A stretch of 58,085 bases of DNA, the filler included, from Sphacelaria rigidula (Eukaryota): assembly GCA_964200075.2 (NCBI GenBank). It is 9 parts of 9 records of this genome, joined end to end, with 100 filler letters (N's around TTAATTAATTAA, not from the genome) between each part and the next. Parts side by side here need not be neighbours in the genome. Positions count along the whole stretch, not along the records: positions 45,258 to 51,621 come from CAXNAA020020512.1; positions 51,722 to 58,085 come from CAXNAA020020513.1; 7 more parts are not named here. One strand, given 5' to 3'. Each line of letters starts with the position of its first letter. Position 1 is the first letter of the stretch. A program made the translations under genes and the position numbers. The notes beneath the pieces are model-generated. The model was not told where the DNA came from, made no database searches, and saw only the letters and a program-made list of their open reading frames with translations. Positions 49,442 to 58,085 of this stretch are shown here, piece after piece.

Positions 49442-49612
49442 CTCCGCTTGCATAGTATCGAACAGCACGATGGCTTCCTTCCAGTGCTGCCTCTGCCCCG
49501 CTGCTTTGAGCATGTGCGCCAGCACGGCATGCTTGCCGACCCCCTTGCTACCACCGCCACAACTATCATCACCCTGGCTTGCCGCGCTGCCCCCTGAAAC
49601 AGTCCGCGATAT
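49442..49612 (-). CDS. PPR protein exon (upstream of the previous one)
   Basis: CAG|...|GTACAC, 171 bp; ends HAVLAHMLKAAGQRQHWKEAIVLFDTMQAE. Confidence 0.82.
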
Positions 49613-50964
49613 CTGAGCGGTTGCGCCGGGTATTCGACGGTCTGGATCATGACATATGCGAGGGAATACATATAACAAGGTGCACGAGCAGGTTGACTCA
49701 TAGTTCTTAATTCCTTTCGAGGTGTACCACAATATCTTCATGCGAGAGTTTTGATCAGCCATCTCCACAACACGGTCACAACACGGTCACAACACGATCA
49801 CGGCAGGATCTCACCACTTATGCGTGGGCACCACGAGAGCACTCGCAGAAATGGTTTATACAGTGTCATTCTCTACCGCGCCCCGGTGATATTAATTAAA
49901 AAGGTAACCTGAGCACAGTTCGCACCTAAGAACACGGATTTGAATCCCCGTAGATTTCTCCGGGGTATCATCTGAAAAGTGTATAATTTCTGCCGTCGAC
50001 AACGTCGGGACGTGAGCAGCGAATACATGATGTTCGATGGAAGTCGATGCGGTGCGGTAGTACTGATCATGATCCAATCTGCGACACCAAAATGTAAGGC
50101 GTGTACCGGGACACGCATGATTTGATCCCTTGACTTCTCCTCCTGAGGAAGGGGAAGGGGACGCGTTGGAAGTGTGCAAAAAAAAAGAAGTTGCACACTG
50201 CTGTAGTGGTATAGTAGTAGATACACAAAGCAAACGCTGAATCAACGGTTGTGGGGCTGTCAACAAAGAGCAGCTTCTTTCCATATCACAAAAAAATTGT
50301 ACGATCTGGGGGAAAACCCGAGAGTCAATCGCGCGAACAAAGGCAACAGCACGAGAGTTTCCCGGCTGGTACCATATCGTATGATAGCATCAGCCAGCAG
50401 CGACGTCGGGAGACTTCACAAGAGTAGACGGGATGGGTGCGGTGCCATTGAGGTGGTGCGGTCCTCCCTGTTGGGCGTCTCCTTCACAACATTCACGGCC
50501 ATCGCATTATTGATCGCAGGGCACTTCAGCCCAGCAACAACAACGCAATCGTGGGTATCTGTCTCATGGACACACTCGTGACTACCCTCAGTCTACAATG
50601 CATGGGCTCATGCTACGCTACGGCTTGCGGATGATGCCCCCTTCTCCAACGTATCTCTCTGGACACACTACTCGAGGTTTGCCACCGGCATACCAAAATC
50701 GTACCATCACCATGGACTACAATACGAGGTGCCTGCCGCGAAAAAAAAACCCGTCCGAATCGCGACTGATGGTAATGCCATGATAGCTCCCCCTTGAAAA
50801 GTGCTGGAGGAGGCAAAATGTGCATGCAAATCAAAATAAGAAAAAGTCGAGCACACCGATCCCGCGCCCGGGATCGTTTTCGCCAGCCCATATGAGGCGC
50901 TTCATGAAGTGTGAAACGACGTATCATGCGCTGTATGGCCATCCTCTTGGTGGTGGTTTGGGGG

Positions 50965-51560
50965 CTCATTCGGGCTGGGCGGACTCAAGAGTGGTGGCCA
51001 TTGACTATACATCCTTTTTGAGACGGAGCACCGTGCCTACTGCGTATGGAGAGACACCTCCAATATTTGGGCCGTCACTACCCTTCTTCCATATGATACA
51101 CAAAAACACATCTCATCCCCTTTCTGCTTCGCCGTCAGTGGCCACCACTCTTCTCCTATTTCAGTGATCGTTTTTCTCGCTACCATCTAGTGTATCAAAG
51201 GGTTTCTTGCCACCTTCGTTCACGCCCCCCATTTCCCGTTCCTCCTTGTATAGTTCACACTTTGCCACCATATGAGTCCTTCTCACTACTGCTTTGCCAC
51301 GGGGGCATGTATTTACTTCTTCCTCCATCCGACTACTGCCTTGGGGGGGATATACTCATGATCTTGCATGCCGTAGTCATAATACCATTGACCTCGCATC
51401 CCTACAAACCCGGGACTATTGGCTCGGGGGGGCGGGGGGGATATACTCATGATCTTGCATGCCGTAGTCATAAGACCATTGACCTCGCATCCCCACAAAC
51501 CCGGGACGGAGCACGCCGGGTTATCGCCAGACCAGGCTCATGAGGGGGGGGGGGGGGGTG
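50965..51560 (-). mobile_element. Minus-strand stack: two family B ends followed by a family A LINE 3' fragment, with G-tracts between
   Basis: 50965-51340 is reverse-complementary to 52870-53300. 51342-51417 and 51427-51537 are B ends, each starting at a G-run. Confidence 0.85.
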
Positions 51561-51774
51561 ATGATGCCGCCTGCCACCCGCGGAGGCAGAGTGAACCGGA
51601 AGACCGGCAAAGCGGGGAGAGNNNNNNNNNNNNNNNNNNNNNNNNNNNNNNNNNNNNNNNNNNNNTTAATTAATTAANNNNNNNNNNNNNNNNNNNNNNN
51701 NNNNNNNNNNNNNNNNNNNNNACTGGTCTTATGACTATGGCATGCATGATCATGAGTAACCCCCCCCCCCCGTG

Positions 51775-53320
51775 GTGAGCCAAGAGTGCTATGATGCTTA
51801 ACGGGGAAATATCGAATATTTCGATATTTTACAAGGGTTTTGCGCAAGGATGTACATTATCACTCACTTTATTCAAGGTATTCATTGATGACCTGGGTAT
51901 TAGCGATAGTAGCAGCAAATCAAGGCGTCAAGGTGGATGAGTATGTGATGTCACGTTTGATGTTCGCAGATGATTCTGTGGGGATTTCAGGAACACCAGA
52001 AAGAGGGCAAAAGCAAATAGAAAATACTCTGGAATACACTGGGGGATGAAGAGTGACAGCGAACGTTAACAAATGCGCGATAATCGTCTGTAACGAAGAT
52101 AAGAAACATCCGGCAAAGTTCAAATGGAAGTGGGGAGAAGAGGGATTGCCAATCGTAGACGAGTATACATACCTTCGTGTAGAGATCCCAAGAAACTGTT
52201 CTTGGGATGCACACATGAATAAAGTAATAGAAAAGGGTGAGGCACACATAAAAAGGATGGACGTGATCCTCAGAGACTCGCATCTAGACACTAGGATTAA
52301 AAGACATATGCTGATGAACGTGATCGTACCAAAGCTGGAATATACAGAGGAAGTATGGGAGCGAAACGTGACGTTGGTGGAGAAGTTGGAAACAGTCCAG
52401 ATGGCAGCAGCTAAGAGGATACTTGAATGCTCGAAAACGATGAGTAATACAGCATTGAGCGCAGATTTGGGAATTTACTCATTTGAGACTAACAGAGACA
52501 TGAGGAAAATAGGTGGCAATATAGCGTAAAGAACATGCAGAGAAAGAGATTGCCAGCTATAGTTGATAGGGCTGTATGGAAGAAAAGTACGAAAGGGCAG
52601 GCTGGAATAAGGTGGGATAAAGAAGTCGACAAGTATGGAAGGGGATAAGAGGAAACCAAGGCGAAATACTGTCCATAGATGAAGGCGTGGGGTACAAGAC
52701 AAAGTAAGAGACATGATAGGAATAAGGGAAAAGTGATCGCTCAGACGCAAAATGGACGAGGAAGAATATATGAAGATGAACGGGAGGTTGAGAGAGGGGA
52801 TAGGGATGAAAACACATCTGCATGGCCCAATGGACGCGGTGAAAAAATTGAAACTGCGATTTTGGGTGGGAGACCTAGACCGGCCAGAAAGAAGAAATAT
52901 ATTTACCGGTAGTCGTGTGCAAGGGGAAGTAGATGCACAAAATTGCCCCTGTGGCAAAGCAATAGAGGGCAGAGCTCATATAGTGGCAGAATGTGAACTA
53001 TACAAGGAGGAACGGGACGTGCTAGACGGAGAAATGCGGGACGTGGACGAAGATGGCATGAAACCGTTTGATGCATTAGACAGTAGGGAGAAAACGACGG
53101 CTATACTAGGAGACAGATGGTGGCCGCAGACGGCGAAACAGGACGGGGATAAGACATGTAGAAGGTTTTTGTGCAATGTATGGAAAAAACGTAATGAACA
53201 TCTAAATGTTGGAGATGTCTCTATCAGGAGTAGGAACGGTGCTCCGTCTCGAAAGAGGTGTCGGTCGATGGTCAAACGACTAAGGCAGGCAACAAATGAG
53301 CACGCCCCCCCTTTCCCCCC
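51775..53320 (+). mobile_element. 5'-truncated, decayed LINE (non-LTR) ORF2, family A
   Basis: RT motifs QGFAQGCTLS(P)..F, LMFADD and YTYLRV; a C-terminal Cys/His motif CPCGKAIEGRAHIVAEC...VWKKRNE; it ends ATGAGCACGCCCCCCTTTCCCCCCC. Confidence 0.92.
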
Positions 53321-53322
53321 CG

Positions 53323-53670
53323 TGGTAAGACATCCATGAAGCAGTGTGTAGGCCTTGGCTGTCTCTGAAAGTGGCGATACAAGAGAATGTAGCAACTTAT
53401 TCGAGGCTGTCATCCTTCCAAATGCAAGATGATCATTGCGCTTCGGACTGAACGTTTCTTAGCAGGATGCAGCCCACCCTTCATGCGACTTGCCGAACGA
53501 ATCACGGCGCTTCGCGCTTGGGGATTGATTGCAAGCCTGGCCCGAAAAAAACCCCGGCCCGCTCCGTCCCGGCTTTGTACGGATGCGAAGTCAACGGCCG
53601 TAAGACTACGGTATGCAAGATCATGACTCCCTCTCCCCCTTACCCCCGCCCTGCCGCCCCGGCCCTCCTA
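53323..53670 (+). mobile_element. Family B retroposon directly after the C-tail of the family A LINE
   Basis: It is colinear with 39362-39690 and ends GCAAGATCATGACTCCCTCTCCCCC. Confidence 0.85.
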
Positions 53671-54392
53671 CATCCATCTATTTACGATCGCTATAGTACT
53701 TCCTCTGTCCCATAACGCTGGGAAGCTATAGGCGTTGAGTCGTATGGGTATGCCCACGTTGCCGATCATCCCATAGTTGGGTTCGTTACGAAGATGAAGC
53801 ACACACGAAGCTGATGAAAAAAAAAAACATCAATACTAAAATGATGTCAAAACATACCCATTTTTATCATTTTTTATTTATTCATACCCCAGCATTGACC
53901 GATTACGACGTATCCACGTCGAGCACTGGCAAATCCATGCTGACAAAATGTTGAATGGGGCGTGCGTAGGTTAACATCACGGGCATGTCCAAAATCAATG
54001 GTTGTTTCGCGATTTTCACATTTTCTGACCCATTCTCCGCGATTTTTCGTGTTCCCGGGTCTCTCATGCTTTCCTGGGGAAACGACGAAAAAAATGGCCG
54101 CTTTTGGACCAACCTACTTTTCCTCGGCCGCGCGGCCGCATGGGTCAAGCACCCACCTTATAGAAAGAATGTTGGTTTTAGCTGGAAAAACGCCGACGGA
54201 TACAATAAAAAGATCAAAAATCAAATCGGACACGGTGAAGGGGTCGCACGAACATAACTTCCTAGACTTATGGGACAGAGGAAGTATGACCCGAACGTCA
54301 GTTTGTAATTATGACCAGGCGTGAAACGCTTCGGATGTTCAGGACGTGCGCCCCCCCGCCTATCACCTTGCCTTGGTTCTCTCTCCTCATAG

Positions 54393-54632
54393 GCGATCGA
54401 TATCCTGGAAGACTTCTTCACCTTCCGAGGCTACGCCTATCTGAGGCTCGACGGAGCGACCACTTCCGAGGAGAGAGAGAGACGGATGGCACGGTTCAAC
54501 GCGCCCGACTCGCCGTACTTCGTCTTTGTGCTGAGCACCAGGGCGGGCGGATTGGGCCTGAACTTGGCCACGGCCGACACTGTGGTGCTGTTCGATAGCG
54601 ATTGGAATCCTATGATGGACGCGCAGGCTCAG
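54393..54632 (+). CDS. SNF2: SNF2/BRM/BRG1-subfamily chromatin-remodelling ATPase, helicase-C exon
   Basis: TAG|...|GTACCG, 240 bp; encodes [13 protein letters not shown]...[46 protein letters not shown]. Confidence 0.95.
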
Positions 54633-54769
54633 GTACCGTTGGTCATATATCGTTGTTCTGTGCACCTTTCATGTGTTGTATGTGCTCTTTGTGCAGGTGC
54701 AGGTGCGTAGGTCTAGGTGTAAGGTGTAAGGTGTAGGTATGTGCTGTCATATGTATGTGCTCATACTCA

Positions 54770-54858
54770 TGCGTATGCGTATGCGTATGCGTATGCGTAT
54801 GCGTATGCGTATGCGCGCATGCATGTTTAGCGTATGCGTATGCGTATGCGTATGCGTG
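54770..54858. repeat. (GCGTAT)n microsatellite; other simple repeats are (GT)n 707-740 and 4667-4698, (TTGCTG/TTGTTGCTG)n 55330-55405 and (ATG)n 56022-56082
   Basis: Directly visible. Confidence 0.95.
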
Positions 54859-55124
54859 TGTAACGCATGCATGTGTGTATGAACGTGGTACATGTGATGT
54901 ATGTGCATCTGCGTAGTGCATGGTATCTGTGCGTATGTACGTGCACATGTACGTGAGTGTCGGAACGAGTCTCGGTGCCGATCTGAAGGCGATTAGCCTT
55001 GATCAACGGGGTACACGTCGACTGTCGTCAGCAAGTCGGTTTTGACCCCCGCCCTCCGTCCTCTGCCGCCCCTTGCCTCTATATTCTCCTGCACTGGGTA
55101 TACATGATCTCGCATATACTCCAG

Positions 55125-55294
55125 GACCGAGCGCACCGAATCGGGCAAAAACACGAGGTTCGCGTTTTCCGCTTGGTGACCGACAGTCCTGTGGAGGAGC
55201 GGATCATCTCGAGGGCCACGGACAAGCTCAATATGACGGGGCTGGTCGTTGAAGCGGGGAAATTCAACAGAGACTCTAAGGCTGCGGAGCGAAA
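55125..55294 (+). CDS. SNF2: SNF2/BRM ATPase, next exon
   Basis: [65 protein letters not shown], phase 2. Confidence 0.95.
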
Positions 55295-56021
55295 GTGAGT
55301 CGACGTTACCAACGTTCTTTTGCTTAGTATTGTTGCTGTTGCTGTTGCTGTTGCTGTTGTTGCTGTTGTTGCTGTTGTTGCTGTTGTTGCTGTTGTTGCT
55401 GTTGTATCATTCCCCATCCTGTAGGAGAAGGAGATACGGGGGGGGGGAAGAGGGGTTGCTGTATACGCACCGGGAGTACAGTTGCGACGCATGTGTTGGC
55501 GGGGTTATTCCAAGGGGTCTCGAGAAAATGTGATGGGCACATAGCCCCCTACTGCAGGATAATGTATTAGTACGAGGGTAGTGACACGGAACGAGGATTC
55601 AAATCACAGTCCAATGAAGGAGGGGCTGCTGGAGTTACGGTAGTATTTGTGCGAGAAAATATCACGTGACACGCAAGTGTAGAACTGTCAATACGTTGTT
55701 GATCGATCGAGCCCTTGATGGATGGATGATCACGGGTGTGCACTGAACTGTTCAACTGTTTGTCTTTTTGCGATATTTGAAAAAAAATGAAGGATGGGTA
55801 CTCGTAGTTATCTCTATCGTCAGACCTGTGTTCAATTTTGTAGCAGTTACATTGGCTACAGTTCCACATAGGACCAAGATCGAGGTTACCGAGTGATATG
55901 AAAACTGAAAACAGCAGTTACCGATGCATTACTACGTCTGTGACCACGATTTAGCGAGATCGGACTAATGTGCGGAAATAATTATAGATAATAATGATAG
56001 ATAATAATCATCATAATCATA

Positions 56022-56059
<38 letters not shown>

Positions 56060-56390
56060 AATAATGATAATAATGATGATGACTACGGCATGCAAGATCA
56101 TGACTACCCCTCCCTCCCCCCCGCCCCGCCATCCCTCCGACCGCGTCTGGGGTAATCGCGATTGGCTATGGTTGAAGCCCTTATACCACGCAACCTCTAC
56201 ATGGAGAGAGAGAGGCTCGTGCGCTCTCCCCCTGTACGTGTACCTTTATTCGTGTCTGTTCCGTCTCTAATACACTTGCTCACAAGTGACGGATTGCTGT
56301 CCACATCCACCCGTAAGCCGTATGTTTCGCGCTCGAATGCGTATACCACGGATTAATATATATATGTATATATATATATATATATATATA

Positions 56391-56718
56391 CAAGCCGCAC
56401 GGGACCCGGGGCTGCGCCCCCGTCCCGTCCGTCTTTTTCGAGGGTCTCGGTATTCTTGTCTCGCCAAGCCCTCGTGAGACCGCCGGAAACATTGCAGGAC
56501 CACCGCGATCGCGCGTCCGTTCAAACGGTCGCGAACGCATGTGTACCCCCGCACAAATTGTAGCACAAATCCGCGTACCGGACCCCTAGCATTGGCATTG
56601 ACCCGGACAGTCATCTCCCGGGGCGGGTGCGGAGGAACTTGCACACTAAAATCAGCTTTACATCTCGTGGACGCCTCGTTACAAAGTATGCTGCACGCTC
56701 GTGCGTTCGAAATATTGT
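56391..56718 (+). mobile_element. (TA)n-inserted ~330-bp element in the SNF2 intron
   Basis: (TA)n|CAAGCCGCAC...CGAAATATTG|(TA)n; homologous to 1750-2100. Confidence 0.88.
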
Positions 56719-56803
56719 ATATATATATATACTATGTATTATATCTTGACGATGGATTATACAACCGCGTAACTTTTTGTATCCCAACTGACCTCATGAG
56801 CAG

Positions 56804-56891
56804 AGCAATGCTGGAAACCCTGCTGCGGGAAATGGACGAAGAGGGGGTCGGGGACGACTCCGGCGAGACGGTGGTACATGACAACGATCAG
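56804..56891 (+). CDS. SNF2: SNF2/BRM ATPase, third exon
   Basis: Phase-2 CAG acceptor; encodes (K)AMLETLLREMDEEGVGDDSGETVVHDNDQ, the acidic segment that follows the helicase domain in BRM-type proteins; donor CAG|GTACCG. Confidence 0.85.
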
Positions 56892-57457
56892 GTACCGCAC
56901 AGGCACTGCAGGATGACTTCGCAGGATTTTTCTTCATGCTCCTCGTCAGAATGCGCTATCCATCGTTCGTGTGCATTTTCCTTCTTCTTCTTCCCAAGAA
57001 TATACGTAACGCGTACCGGAAAAAGTTTGCACAGCTAGCTTTGTCTGCGTTTGAGAGCTCGAGATGTGTCAACAAAAGCCCGTACCTGTTTGTGCTCAAG
57101 TGTCAAGGGTGGTACTCTACCTGGTCGCAGCGTTTGGCCGTTTGTTCACCGGGCCTTTGACGGACGCTGAGTCTATAAAAATGAAAAGCAAAGAAAAAAA
57201 GAAGTTGCTCGGTTATCGTCTGACACGACGTAGAATCAGGGTTGTCACGTAGCCCGTGAGTGTCGTCTATCCGTTCTTCGAGTGAGAATTCGGGTCGCTT
57301 TTTATTTGCCACGACTCAGTCTGCTATGTCGTTCTGTTCGACTTTTTGTTTTGTTCTGTTCCTTTCTTTTTTTTCAGGGCATGTTTTGATTTCGTTTTTC
57401 TTGGGTACGCCTATCATGACACCACGGCTGGACCCCTGGGAGGTCAGTTAAAGTGCG

Positions 57458-57513
<56 letters not shown>

Positions 57514-58010
57514 GTACAGCGTGATGGTTTACGGTCACGTTGCGTCCATGTTTATGTCTACGACGTCGTGGTCTATGTGAGCATATGTGACACGCCTGCC
57601 GGATCACAACACGCTCGAGGCGTGCCAGCCCGGCCCTGACATCACCAGGACTGCTGCGGAAGCGTAGATGGGAGGAGAGAGTGTCCGTTGTTTGTACACG
57701 TCGCAAGATTGGTGGCGGCCAGCGTAACGTCACTTGCAAACCAAGGAAACATGTAAACCACGAAAAACTTGTAAATTGCTCAGCGAAGACGTACATGAAT
57801 ACATCCAAACTGACTCTTCATACACGTACGCTCGACGTGTGGCTCCAAACCGGTCCGGGGGTCTTTGGGACTGCTTGCTGTATATATTTTGTACGTCTAT
57901 CATGAGACCAGGGCTGGACCCCGGGGGGTTCAGTTAAAGTGCGACAATCAATTCACCAATCAACACGTCCAACATCCACATGCTCATGAAAAAAAGGTGT
58001 CTTAGTCTCT

Positions 58011-58085
58011 TTAACCCTTTGGGAACGCAAGTGCTGATTCTTGTTTTGTGAATCTTTGTGAATCGGCATCATTTTGACTTGAAAA
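58011..58085 (+). mobile_element. piggyBac-like terminus
   Basis: TTAA|CCCTTTGGGAAC is the reverse complement of GTTCCCAAAGGG|TTAA at 45329-45344. It contains GAATCGGCATCATTTT.ACTTGAAAA, shared with 12738 and 26966. Confidence 0.65.

Noticed and set aside
55324..55542. Poly-Q, poly-L and poly-M ORFs (also 56022-56270) and VCVC/HTHT ORFs
   Set aside because: These are translations of intronic microsatellites.

Overview
This is eukaryotic, intron-rich and repeat-dense DNA of roughly balanced GC content. A brown alga (Phaeophyceae) or related stramenopile is my inference from the exon/intron style and repeat families, not a proven assignment. The window is not one locus. It is nine unrelated contigs of 6364-6366 bp, sorted by length and joined by artificial 100-bp spacers (N44-TTAATTAATTAA-N44). 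Spliced fragments of four host genes can be reconstructed: an ATR/Mec1-like kinase (2 exons), a CCR4/nocturnin/Angel-type EEP nuclease (5 exons), a PPR protein (2-3 exons, minus strand) and an SNF2/BRM-type remodelling ATPase (3 exons). Most of the rest is mobile DNA: two decayed Ty3/Gypsy LTR retrotransposons, LINE reverse-transcriptase remnants, several retroposon 3' ends with different simple-repeat tails, piggyBac-like TTAA/CCC elements, foldback/MITE hairpins, a (TA)n-inserted element and minisatellites. The most unusual signal is a pair of non-LTR retroposon families that share a 3' end, terminate in poly(C) rather than poly(A), and stack head-to-tail at C-tracts. There is no CRISPR array, rRNA or tRNA. 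All protein calls are by-eye motif recognition; no database searches were run.
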